A model generated the notes under the pieces. That model was not told where the DNA came from. It saw nothing but the letters and a program-made list of their open reading frames with translations, and ran no database searches. Positions 12,631 through 25,400 of a stretch of 64,000 nt of DNA are shown piece after piece. Position numbers and translations under genes: made by a program. This DNA is from Botryllus schlosseri (Eukaryota). The stretch's first letter is position 1. Every line of letters begins with the position of its first letter. The stretch is from the NCBI GenBank assembly GCA_051294905.1, contig CM119372.1, positions 4,590,001 through 4,654,000 on the forward strand, given 5' to 3'.

Positions 12631-14659
12631 GCATTTTCATTGTATCGCGATCTCGCTATGTTGTTGAATCGATGGAAATATCAATAAATGAATGAAGTCA
12701 ACGGCTGGCGGTCTCCAATCTTCAGTGAAATCTTTCAATAGTCGATACGCGACCGTTTCTGCGGTCAAGAACCGTTGCGAGCCCTGTGAAATACTTAACA
12801 TCAGCTCCCTTGCGACTCTTATTGACATTGAAAAGCCCGCAAAAATATAATAGACAGTTGTAGTTTGTTTCAATGAATAACACTCGACAATCCGCGTCTA
12901 TCAATGCTAAAATAACCGAAATAGAATCTATAGAACCGTGGTTGTTAACCATTGTGAGTTTCCTGAGCTAGTATCACGAGTTCCCTAGAGGTTAGACACA
13001 CACTCAGCTCATACATAGTATTTGTTGGCCGTCATTGGTTGCATTGGTTATCATTATTTGAGTGTGAGTGTTGTACATACTCTGATTCTTGAACTTCGGC
13101 CCCGCCACCAAAAATCGTTGGGAACCACTGTTTTAGATCTTTCATGTCCGCAACACGATCCAGGCCGCGACGCTGCCTCTGATCTCTGCTGAACCGCGGG
13201 CGTGTTCGTGTCACGTGCCACCAACCGAGCGTGACGCTGTTTCTTTAAGAACCCTTGCTTGTTCAGCTTTTGTTCTCGCCTAGCCTGGCATGTAATTAGC
13301 GAATTGTACTGCCCGCATCGGTTCTGTCGAATTTGGTTTAAAAAGTCTTCCTGACTTCCGTATGTTACTGGTCTGGAACGGGCTGTGCGCTACTTTTAAA
13401 CAGGTTTTTGTAACATTATGACGCGGGATATGTTTCTGAATTTGATGTTTCATTTCTCTAGGAGAAGGCTTCAATCTCTTGCATTTTGCGATTGAGACTC
13501 AAATTGAAATATATCCTTGGCAGTGGCTCTAGCTGGGCCGATTCAAATCCACAGGATCATCGGTACTGTTGAATTGATTTACTAGGCCCATAACAGTTCC
13601 GTGGTGCAAATCTGAGATGCCGTCCTGCTATATACGTCTGTCGCACTGGAAATTCTGTATGGGTGTATTTTTTCAAGTTTTCGCCACCAATTACAAGTTG
13701 CAGTTGAAATATGTCACATGTTGATGCATAGAATATCAACTTTATTGGCAAAAATATATCAGGCTCAAAATATTGATATCGTCGTACGTTGACAACTACG
13801 TTAGTCGCCGCGGTATCGTGATTATTTAGTCCATTGTCAATGCCTTTTCATGCTTTCCAATCTCAAATCTAAACCTCGCTTTGGTTGGCCTGGTCCGATA
13901 GTATGATCATGAGTACTTGAATTTTTAAGTGCAGTACCGCGTGATGTTTAAGTAATTTTCCAGCGCGAGGCGCCACTGTAAAATACTGGATATATATTTC
14001 AATTTTAACAAACTACAGCATGATAGGCGACCCGTGTACAGAGCTTATGCGCAACCCGCCATACTTCGGTAATTCTAACTCATTGACAGCCCCATTCAAA
14101 GCATGTAACGACAGATTCGTGTTCGCTGTGTTGATGAAGTGTTGTGGTTTCGAAATGTTAGAGGTTATTATATACACGTGGCGTGTTTGGAACACGTCTG
14201 CGCGCAAGGAGGCACTTCACACTAGAAACCGGTTGGAATGCACCCTTTCAAACGGCGCGGCTTTCATCCAATCACGGTTGATTTGGAACCAAAACACTTG
14301 TCAGCTATATTGCTTAGCGCTTTGCACAAAGGAGGCGGACGACTAATTATTATACAGCGTGCTGGTGTCAAGATATTAAACTGAGCCGCTGGCATAACGC
14401 ATTCAAATTCTAAGCTACGACTGTCTGTTAAAACACTGCTGTTCAACCTTTTTTGGTGTGGTGACCCGTGGCCTACTAGTAGGCCATGGGTGACCTTATA
14501 AAGTTTTTTTATGACCAACTGGTGCACCCTAAAGCATGCAATCAACGTTTCCAAAACAGTAATATGTTCAGTTGTTCACTCACGAAAGAACATGTGTATA
14601 ATTGATAACCCTATCAGTAACAATTTCTTTAAAAAATTGTCAGCTCCTTCGCTGAAACC

Positions 14660-15092
14660 CAGGGTTGTGTCCAAGTCACAAGGTTCCGAGTCACAAGTCA
14701 ATCTCACTTTCATAGTTTTGACTCGAGTCAAGTCGAATCATTTTCAATTCACCACTGAGTCAAGTCCGAGTCAAATCAGTGAGTAAGGGCTCGAGTTCGA
14801 GTCATGGTGTTGTGACTTGAGTCCAAGCCGTTATGTTCACTGTTCAGTTTTGAGTTCGATTCGGTTCAACCCACGTTTTGAACTCTGCCCGACTGATATA
14901 GAATGGCTCGCATTCATGATATCGTGATTTTCCTCAGTCCTAACAGTTTCTGGCCCGATTTTCCAAGTATCAGGACTGATTGACGAAATACCAATATCGT
15001 GGTGACTTTACTATCCTTCGAAGTTACAATGAAATGTTGGTCTTGGCCGTCCTGGTCTCGAGACACATGACTTGGTTCGAGTCATGCACCAG
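14660..15092 (+). repeat. Dispersed repeat rich in GAGTCAAGTC motifs (probable DNA-transposon derivative)
   Basis: Collinear second copy at ~60200-60606; fragment at ~57657-57695. Confidence 0.7.
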
Positions 15093-15214
15093 TTAAACAG
15101 TCAGACCTAGTGTACAATGATATAATTCCAGTTGTCTAATTATGACGCCACAACAATGCGGATGTCGAAAGTGAAAATATATGCACGTTTTATGCAACCA
15201 CGAATAATATATTG

Positions 15215-15575
15215 GTAGTTGAATAGCATATTCATATTGAAATGAACCCGAATATTTTCGGCTGACACTCGTCAGGGCTAATCGCCAACAACTAGTCGAG
15301 AATGGAAAGAACATCGTACACCAACAATCATATCACAAAATATGACGTCACCAGCATGAAATGTCGAATACGAGAGCGTTCAACGTACTATTTTAGATGG
15401 TACATGAACTCTTTTTGTTGGCACATCCTTGGCTGGTGTATTTTGATAAAAGTCGACTCGAAGGCACACAAACGAAACGTATTCGAAATGTTCTTTTCCA
15501 TTCTCTACTAGTTGCTGACGATTACCCCTGACAAGTGTCAGCCTAAAATATTCTGGTTCATTTCAGTATGAATAT
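15215..15575. mobile_element. Penelope-like inverted pLTR pair with ORF 3' end on minus strand
   Basis: The minus strand carries FIKIHQPRMCQQKEFMYHLKIV followed by the pLTR and hammerhead; a degenerate plus copy lies at 15490-15575. Confidence 0.7.
15246..15289 (-). ncRNA. Minimal hammerhead motif, intact core
   Basis: Reverse complement reads GCC-CTGACGA-G-TGTCAGC-C-GAAA-ATAT-TC-GGGT, with one stem I mismatch. Confidence 0.65.
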
Positions 15576-16209
15576 TAGGGCTCTTCAAAAATGCCCTAAT
15601 AGGGCCCTAATCTTCATACTGAAATGTTCCACTGTGTGGCGTAATTGAATGTATGCGGCCTGCGTCTTCTACGAAATTTTAATGGTGGCCCGCGACCACT
15701 TTCGAGTTGGCAACCAGTGGCATAAGCGGTGTCTCACAAAAGCCTGGAAGTGTGCCGTGCTACATGTCGGCAGTTACGGAATCAAAAATAAGAAATATCA
15801 GCCTGGTGTAAATAACCATTGTAGTCTACTAACACCATGATTACCACAAACGACATTAGGGTTGGGTACATCGTAAATGCCGATAATGAAAGTCTTCTCG
15901 CTTCGACGAACTTCCGCGTAAGCTCCACTCTCGCACGCTGCGCATACACGTATATAATAACATACAGTCACTAAAATTGGACCTAGAAAGCAAGTTGTGG
16001 GGAATCTCGGCAGACTGGGGCCGGCGGGCCACATTATCATGTAAGACGGAACACAGTCCACGGGCCGGACAAAATCCCTTCGCGGGCCGTATGTTGCCCG
16101 CCCTTGAATTAATGGATTGGTGGTGCAAGACTTAAAGCCTTATACGGCTATATCTGTAGCTTCCTTGTCCAGCGGCATATGCACATCATGCACCTGCTTA
16201 TGAACAGAT

Positions 16210-16976
16210 CGGAGCGATTTTTTTAGATCTAAACACGGAAGTTTTTGACCTAAAAAACTTAATTTTGACCGAACTTTGACTTAACGTATGCAAATTAGGT
16301 GTTTTCCCACATAATTTTAGAATTGTACTACTTATTTTCCTTTCTGGTTGGAACTGTCTGTCCTTTCGAAGTAGTTTGGCTTGAAAAACTTTTTTGACTC
16401 AAAAACTGCCAAATTTTTACATAAAAAAGCTATATTTTAACGAAATCTGACCCAATGAAGAATTCCAGTAGTTGTATCACGTATTATGGTAGAAATAATT
16501 AAAATTTGCTGTAGTACAACGAAAGATACTTCCTACATTCTCGGGAAGAATGTACAACAGCAGCATTTGTTGGCTGACAACACTGAAGTTGCTCTGCGTA
16601 CACTGCTGGTGACACACCGTGTTGCCCCATTGTGACAATGGTGTCTACATCACTATTTTTCAGCATGCGCTTCTTGATATAAGAACCATGCAATGCCCAC
16701 GCAGTCTTGCTTCACTTAGGATATTGCGCTAGCTACGTTGAGCAAAACACCAAGTCAACCTATTTGTTTCGTTTGCATGTTTATGATTAACAATGAGCAG
16801 AGAATGGGCCGTCTGGAACGGTAGTCGTATAATGTAGGCTAAAAGCTGTAAAATGTCAAATGATAAGTTCCCGACAGTGCAAACATTTACGATACAAACG
16901 AAATGCAGGTTGCAAAAAAAATTTGACTTTGTAAACAATTTTGACTTTTTTGGCAAGTCAAAAAAAAATCGCCCTA
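16210..16976. mobile_element. Second copy of the TAGGGCGATTTTT hAT family
   Basis: Collinear with 9185-10074; right TIR intact, left TIR eroded. Further partial copies at ~45384-45880 and ~58195-58285 (-). Confidence 0.8.
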
Positions 16977-18933
16977 ATCATGAGTCGGTGTATATGCCGG
17001 AAAACCATCAAGGACAAAAATACGTCACGTCCTTTCCTTTCCGACAAATAAGTCCGCACCTTCGAAGCCCCCCAGAAAATGGTCAAACTCGACGCCCACG
17101 TTATAATCAATGCTTTAGTGCGGCAGGTTCGCGATGCACCCGTGTACAGGCCACCTTTTCGTACTGGTGTACCCCACGTTAGAGAGCGCCGTTCTAAACT
17201 ATGACCAGTCCCTCAAAGAGAAAACGCATGTAATCTTCTCTTCAGGTATAAAGTCCTTTCTTTCAAATCCAATCCCCTATACATCAACATCACCGTGGAC
17301 GTCGGCAAGCCGTCTCAGAGAATGCAAGATTTTATAGATCGCTCCCGAAACCTGTGGTTCTTCAACCAGTGCATCGTGCGGATGCCGTGGAACTTGTGAT
17401 CGCGTTTTAGGACAATTTTACTACACCAACTATGCACTACAGAAAGGAACGACCGCCCCCCCGGTTTGACTTTGAAGTTTTGTTACTTTTTATTCTGTAG
17501 AGCAAGTGCGTCGTCAGTCACTATTGCTCTGATACGCGCTGTTGCCACCGCTATACTTCACGAGAAACTATTCTGTAGCCACTGTTCAGTCAAGTTCATA
17601 ATATATCTCGTTTGAGGCTTTTACTCGTTACCTGTGTACCGTTGAAGACTTTTTTCTATATCATTTCGTCCGTGTCATCAAACCTTGTTCACTTGCGAGG
17701 GATAATTCTAGTAATCTGATTAATGTGGTCTACATTTTCACTTCTGTTATGAGGATGATCTCTGACTTGATATGGACCGGACTTGATGTTGTTGTACTTC
17801 TTTCCGATTCGGAATCCAGTTTTTGCGAATTTAGTAGTTCTGATTCCAATACACTTTGCAAACGACTTTGTAGCTATGATTCTAATATGTTCTAGGTGTC
17901 GAGCTTAGATTGGTGATTGGTTTCATATCTAAAGTGCGCGAATCTTGGTTGGAGACGATCGTGAATACGATGATATTGAGCCGTGATGATGAATCGCAGT
18001 CTATTTGTGCAAATCTATATATAAATTTATATAACGGATCTCAATCTTTGACATTCCGTGACGTCGCCGTATATTCCCTATTCGCGGTCCACCACTGTGT
18101 TAGCAAATCTAAAAACGCGGGGCTGGCGGTTATATTACGTATAGTCCAACGGCTAATCGTATCGCGTTGTGAGTTATAACGCGGAGGGAATACGCTCAAA
18201 ACTGAGTACCACAGATAGACTTGGACGATTAGATAATTGTAGCTGTCAAATTAGACTGATTACAACGTAATGCGGGTCATCTATTTCTAATATAATTCGT
18301 GAAATGTTTCTATGCTTTCATTTTGATTTCTAGTTGTCCGAGTCCGACCACGGTAACTTGCCTCTGCTCAGAGCACGTACAGCGCGGTTATCTGTTTTGA
18401 ATTCGGATTCTATTTCTGTGTGTCGTTATGTTACGACGGATAAACCGTTTCGCACTGTTCGATTTGTCGCAAGTGAAATGTTCTTGCTACCACAAAGGAT
18501 ATAGTGCCCGTTCTACGTCACAATAAAGATAATTCTGTATTATTTCAGCCATGCCTGTTTCGTTGCACTTTGGTCACGACTACACAGATATGTAATTTAC
18601 GACAGCACACGTGGCTTTGTACTATACATGTTTCGTATTCTGCGATGCGACTGGTTTTCCTGTAAACGCTACTTGAAAACTGTACAGTGTTCACTGTGCA
18701 GTAGGGCTCTTCAAAAATGACTTTTTTTTCTCAAATCGTACTGGCTACTTGATAAAATTGTTAGGTTACCTGATTTAAGCCTACACACAAAATTTGATTC
18801 AATTCCAGCCAGTAACCGCTTTGCTACATGAGAAGAAAGTTTCTATTTATTATATAAAAATAAATATTTGAACAGCTTCTTGGAGGTACAGAACTTCAAT
18901 ATACAATTGAATAGTATATTCGTATTGAAATGA

Positions 18934-18977
18934 ACCCGAATATTTTCGGCTGACACTCGTCAGGGGTAATCGTCAGC
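18934..18977 (-). ncRNA. Minimal hammerhead motif, intact
   Basis: Reverse complement reads GCTGACG-ATT-ACCC-CTGACGA-G-TGTCAGC-C-GAAA-ATAT-TC-GGGT. Confidence 0.78.
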
Positions 18978-19228
18978 AAGTAGTAGAGAATTCAAAAGAA
19001 CAGCGTATATCAACAATCGTAACACAAAATATGACGTCACCAGCAAGGAATGTCGAATACGAGTTTTTATTAAAATACACCAGCCAAGGCTGTGTCAACA
19101 AAAAGAGTTCGTGTATCATCTAAAAATAGTACATTAAACGCTCTCGTATTCGACATTCCGTGCTGGTGACGTCATATTTTGTGTTACGATTGTTGATATA
19201 CGCTGTTCTTTTGAATTCTCTACTAGTT

Positions 19229-19272
19229 GCTGACGATTACCCCTGACGAGTGTCAGCCGAAAATATTCGGGT
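19229..19272 (+). ncRNA. Minimal hammerhead motif, intact
   Basis: GCTGACG(19229-35)-ATT-ACCC-CTGACGA(19243-49)-G-TGTCAGC-C-GAAA(19259-62)-ATAT-TC(19268)-GGGT. Confidence 0.78.
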
Positions 19273-22200
19273 TCATTTCTATATGAAGATACTATTCAAT
19301 TGAAAATAAATAATAAAAAAATTTAAAATTTTCTGTTCACCCTATGAAAGTGTTAGGCTGTTTATAGAAACGATGCTCACCAAATTTGGTTCAATTCCAA
19401 CCAGTGGAAGCGGAGTTATTGCCGTCGAAAAATTTGGAATTTGAATAAAATAGTATTTACGGTGACCGATTCTTCGTTTATTTATTTCAATTGTGCTCAC
19501 CGTAGATACTATTTTATTCAAATCCAAATTTTTCGACGGCCATAACTCCGCTTCCACTGGTTGGAATTGAGCCAAATTTGGTGAGCATCATTTTTATAGA
19601 CAACCTAACACTTTCATGGGGTGAACAGAAAATTTTTAAATGTTTTAGTTATTTATTTTTATAAAATAAATAGACACTTTCTTCTCCTGTAGCAATGCGG
19701 CTCCTGGTTGGAATTGAACCAAATTTGGTGTGTAGGCTTAAATTAGGTAACCTAACAATTTTATGAAGCAGCCAGTACGATTTGAGAAAAAAGGTCATTT
19801 TTGAAGACCTCTAGTACAGTGCAGTACAGTGGGAAACGAGCCAAGCTCGCTGTACAGACATTTCCCATTCTCGTGCATATTAGAATTTGATACGAACCGA
19901 ACTTCATTCAGTGTCCTAGTTTTCGCGAATTCAGTAATTCTAGTCATATTTGCAAAAATTACTGTGTAGCTATAATTCTAGTCAAATTTGGAGCAAACTG
20001 TGTAGCTGTAGTTCTAATTTTAATCTGATTTTGAAAAGCTAAAAATTTCTAATTGTCTAGTCTGGTACCATCATCGCAGCTCTTCATTTCATTCCCCGTG
20101 TTCGCGCTACACTTCAAAGTCCGACCATCGCGCAATGCCGTGTATAAGGCGAAGTCTGTTATTTATTTTTATAGCCATGATCACACCTCTACTCTTCGTA
20201 CTTATAATATAACGTGATGTCGGTACTGTACTCTGTTGTGTTTTTGATATGCGAGTTGCTTTTTTTCGTTGCTTCGTGAGAGTTGCGTTTTTTTTTACAG
20301 AATAGAAAATTGTTTCGTATATATGTTCGTGACTGGTTGTTGGTTAGGGTGCATGCTCGTCAGCTTTTTACGGTTGGTGTTAGGTATGAATGTATCTACT
20401 GTCTCTGTACGACAAAAGAAAATTTCATGAGAGTTATAACGGGCCTAAGCAAGTTTTAATCTTTAGCAACAGGACCTTTGCTAATAATAGTTGAGTAGAC
20501 TTGCGCTAGGGAATAGTGGCATTCGGCCAAAAACACACTAAAACGGCCCGTTAACGTAAGCAACGCAATATTATACCTGTGGCACTGTGTGAATAAATTG
20601 ACTGAGAACAGATGCATAGCATACGAAAGCATTTTACCGTAAACGTAAAATGTATTTAAATCATCTCGAAAATCAACACTGCTGGAATCATACTGACCAA
20701 TTCGCTATCGGCAGTACCGTATTCAAATTGCGAAATACATACTCGGACAACGTTAAGTTACACGAAAGCGGATGCGTGAGTGAGAACGCCTCTTTGGCGT
20801 GAGAATACTTCGCACACTCTGCGTAAATGTATTGCAACAACTGTACAACATACAAAAGTCGTGTGTAGAGACAGACCCGGCAGCACAGACATATTAAAAC
20901 ATCTCGAAAACCAATATCAACTCGCCAACGCTTATTGCCGATACATCGTACTTGTAGGCCTACAGTGTATTGTACCGGCGCGGTAGATAGATAACCGGAA
21001 CATTTTACTTTCTACAGTAGGTGTATTACCATAGTCGTTTTCAGTGCTGCAAACGACTATGGTATAACATCGAAAGCAATAGCCCACACGAAAGTCCGGC
21101 AATTGCTGCCTAATGCAACACAGTCTTCTGCACATGGTACCATTAGTCATTTTATCGCGTGCAAATTTGAAAAAGTGTCCTCATTTCAGATTTCCAAAAT
21201 ATGGTAACCCTACGATATACTGAGTATCCGATAAATATTTACCCGCGACAAGATAACAGAGAATTCCGAGCACCAGATTGTGTCGCATTGGACAGCATAT
21301 ACTATGCGCGACATTTACGTCATACCATAGCAATTTACAACGTAGTAGAAAACGTTGTGAATTGCTGATATGTCGTACACATGCATACAGATGAACTAAA
21401 TATTGTCATTTTAAATCTTATGTTTCACATATTGTCGGCCATGACTGAAATAATTTTTTTAAACAAGGCTCGGTTTTAACCATTCGTGAACCCGTGTTTA
21501 CACAACACAACAATATCTCATAACCATTGCAGCTGGAAATTCGCATATAGTTCACAGTGACCACATTTTACCATAACGTTATATTTCCCACTTGTTGAAA
21601 GCTTGTTAAAGAGCATGATAAAACGAACAAAAAATAACAATCTTTAAGGGATAGGCGTAAGGCAAATATCAACGTTGAATGAGTGCCTGGCGCTGTTGAG
21701 CGAATGTACGAGTCAAGTCGGTACAAAATACACACGACACTGCACAGTGCACAGTTATTGTTTCTCAAGGCATTAAACGCCTCAAATGACTCTTAAAAGA
21801 TCGACTTCCTTTATTGCTGTCGTGGAGTTGAATAGAGATATTAAACTTCGTGAGGTTTACGACAAATATATATGTGAACAAGACGCGTGCGAGATTGAGC
21901 TTTAGTTGCAATTCATTAAAACTGACGGGTCAAACACGACTCCGTCAATTTTACGAGTTGTAGAGTTTACTTTTTCGTCTAATGACAATGGAGAAGATAT
22001 TTGTTCTGGCCTTACGCCAGCAAACATGCAACCAAGTATAGCCCTCATCGAATCGAAAATTCTGCGTAAACGCATCCGATCTGCAAACCCGTGAACATAA
22101 CACGACAGCTATATCTCATTTAGAGCCGATATCGATAATTTGCACGTTCACCGATAACCCCGATATATGCAGCCGATATTTAAAAAATATAGCGTCTAGA

Positions 22201-22463
22201 TTAATGCGCGTTTCCAAAACTTATGAGCATTTATTAGAATAGCTATACAATCATTTATATGCTTGGACGCGGAATAAACTAGAAAATCGGCATCAGGAAG
22301 CTGGAAGCTGAGATCGATGTTGTTGCTATTAGTGGCGTTCATGGTGTTTGTCGACTGCAATAGTCATTTCCATCAGGCCGATATCCTTTATTGTGATTCC
22401 GTTGCTGCCGACTTGCCGCGCAGCAGCGTGGTTGCGTGCAAAAGACGCGCAATTGCGTTATTG

Positions 22464-25400
22464 CTAACGCTGTGCTTGTTGATGAAATCGATGGATTGTG
22501 ACGCATCCGTGACAAGACACTGCTCTCGGTAGGCTTGTCACCCGGTTTATGATCCCAGCTTTCGGTTGATAACACAGCACCGCGTCCTGCGCGTCCACGG
22601 TACCCTCTTTTGTACCGCCTGAAATTGAGACTGAATTTATTAGCAGTCGTGATTTTAATTCTAATCTAATTCTGGCTTTACTGAAAATGGTAGGAGAACT
22701 GTATGATTGTCAAAGTCTGCAATTAGGCATACGCATTCAGGTATATAGGTTCTTAAAGCGATTCCTGTATTTTTTACGCGCAATGATTCATAATATTTAT
22801 TTAAATGTTCAGTTCATGCATGTTCATTCAGAATCGACCTTGTATATATACCTGTGATATAAATCTTTCCCCCACAAGCCGTGACACCGCAGTCGTCCAG
22901 TGGCTCCTTTGTGCGCGCAGCTTCGGCCCAACCGTCCGTCAGTGGGTCGTAACAGTACATGACTTTGGATTTTCCGCCTGTTCCAGTATGATTATGAATA
23001 TTTCAACATCTGATTCCATCTCGAATAGACTCATTCAACGTTCCTTACCGACTACGTATATCAAGTTATCCAAGCTGGCACCCACGGCGCACCTTTGCGG
23101 TGCTGGAATAGGAGCTTTGTATGTCCATTGGTCGACGTCTGGGTCGTAACACTGCACCTTCACGTAGATAGCTTAGTTTGTTGCGGAGATCGGTGTTTAC
23201 TTTGGTCAAAAATCGCCTCATACCTTGTCTGTAGCCCTGGATTCGTTATTTTCGCCTCCGACGACATAGATTTTTCCGTTGCACGCCGCCATGGCGCAAG
23301 AGCTGACTGCGGTCGGCATCGGCGAAAGTTCTTGCCAGGAATTCGAAAAACTGCGAAGCAAAAGAGCATGCCATTACGGATATTTGAAAGCGTTGCGTCG
23401 ATATTGTGCTAATAAATCCGACAAGGGATGTTTCACCATAGTGTCCTAAATGGTGTGGACACAGCGATATCGAACGGCTCACTGCATTTGGGCTACGTCT
23501 TAATTCCATTTGACCAAAGGCAATTTGGCCGGCTTGCCAAGCGCTAAATTTGATAAAATAGATATCAATGGAAAGCTGCTGCTGTACTGATTACGAAAAT
23601 AGAAATTTTGTTTTGCCCATAGCTCTGGAACCCCGAAATCAGCCTCGAATTTTACATTGTGATGGAGTTTGGCTTTGTGACGCAACAATGCTGTTTGGCA
23701 AACCGAGACGGCAACTCAGAAGCCAGAGCCAGACAGCATTGTTGTGTCACAATGCCAAACTCCATCAGAATGCAAAATTCGAGGCTGAGATTGGGGGTTC
23801 CACGGCCATGGGTAAAATAAAATTTATATTTTCGTAATCAGTACATCAGTAGCTTTCCGTTGGTACCCGTTTCATCAAATTCAGCACTTGGCAAGCCGGT
23901 CAAAAATGACCGTAAAATTGTCTTTGGTCAAATGGAAAGTATGACGTTACCCAAATGCAGTGAGTCGTTCAATCTCGCTGTGTCCTCACCATTTAGGACA
24001 CTATGTTTTCACAGAATATGATAATGAATTCTTATATACGGCACTCAGTGGATTCTGGATTAGCAATGTAATCCCTATTATGTTATTATGAATCAATATA
24101 TCATTGATAAATTCGAAAATGAATGTTTCACACAATATGAACGTGAATTCTAATATACGGCACTTGGTGAATTCTAGATTAGAAATGTATAAACTATTAT
24201 TATTATTATGAAAGCGTTGCATCAATATTGCATTTTAATAAATTCGAAAGTGACTGTTTCGCAGAATATGACCTTGAATTCTGATATAACGCATTTAGCG
24301 CATTCTGGATTAGCAATATATTAACTATTATTATTATTATGAAAGCGTTGCACTGGAGCCTACGATATCGTAGGCCCCGGTTGCACCAATATTGCATTGA
24401 TAAGTCCGAAAATGAATGTTTCGCAGAATATGACCGTGACTTCTGATATACCGCGCTTAGAAATACAATCACAATTATTATTATGAAAGCGTTGTACCAA
24501 TATGACTCTCGGAACTTGATATGTATGTATTAATGTATTGGTGTCAAGGGTTTAGGGTTGTTTTTGTTTTTGCTAATCATGGTGTTTCGACTACATTTGT
24601 CATTTTACACCAAACCGATATGTTCTTTATTTTTGTTCCGTATTTACCGACTTGTAGCTCGGCCCACATCTACGCTTTTTATAAGACACCGTTTGCGCGG
24701 ATCACGTGGTGAGGAGGAGCCTAGATAAGCCCACAACCCATTGGTGTTGTAGCTGTAGATTATACCACTTAACGCTATCTCGCCCGACTGGGTTTAGGGT
24801 TGGGTATTAGTCTACGTTTAGAGGTAGGTTCGGGTGCACGATATAAACAAAGGGCGGATCGGGACTTCGATTGAATCATTCTCCTTCCGCGCTCCGGGAA
24901 ACAGGCATTTCGCGGGCACGAGATTCCTTCAACCTCGACGAAAGCCCAATTCCCGACGGGCTTGTTGACAGTGGGCTAATTTCAACTGGCCATCGACGCG
25001 CAAACCCAACATATATAAAGCAGCTCCATTTATCGACCGGTTTTGTGATCATTGTCGGCGAGGTAATGTTATGAAGCGACTTTCTTCAGACGCTACCGAC
25101 CGGCACGCACCTGTCGTATCGACATATCAGACAACGTTATCTTTCGTGTGTAGCCGGGTTACTGCCGTTTCATTGTGTATTTGTTTCAAAATGGATTAGC
25201 AGATTCACCCTTTTGTGGTTATTGATGCTATTCTATAAAGCACCCGACTATTCTTTTACTTCGTAGTCCAAAATATGATATGCAATGTTTTTTTTCAATT
25301 CTCTACTAGCTGCTGACGATTACCCCTGACTTTTGTATCCCAATGGTACTTATCCGGGGTTCAAGGTTCACGCTTACCCCAAAGGTTCGCTGAGCCAGTC

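Larger units (their letters stand above)
18867..19302. mobile_element. Penelope-like inverted pLTR pair nested in a hAT MITE
   Basis: Arms of ~160 bp are inverted around a spacer encoding [23 protein letters not shown]. Flanked by the direct repeat AAAATAAATA (18857-18866 and 19303-19312), which is single in uninterrupted copies of the host MITE. Confidence 0.8.
18702..19813. mobile_element. Palindromic hAT MITE, family TAGGGCTCTTCAAAAATGAC, interrupted by a Penelope-like insertion
   Basis: Long inverted arms matching 53831-54496; left flank CTGTGCAG, right TSD degraded. Confidence 0.85.

Noticed and set aside
19230..19236. Upstream CTGACGA as an alternative hammerhead core
   Set aside because: It gives no stem II closing pair and no stem I with the post-cleavage strand; better explained as the loop II pairing arm.
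22852..22977. Apparent frameshift in a KLHL24 Kelch exon
   Set aside because: Recounting the homopolymer (five C on plus) restores CGGKIYITG in frame.
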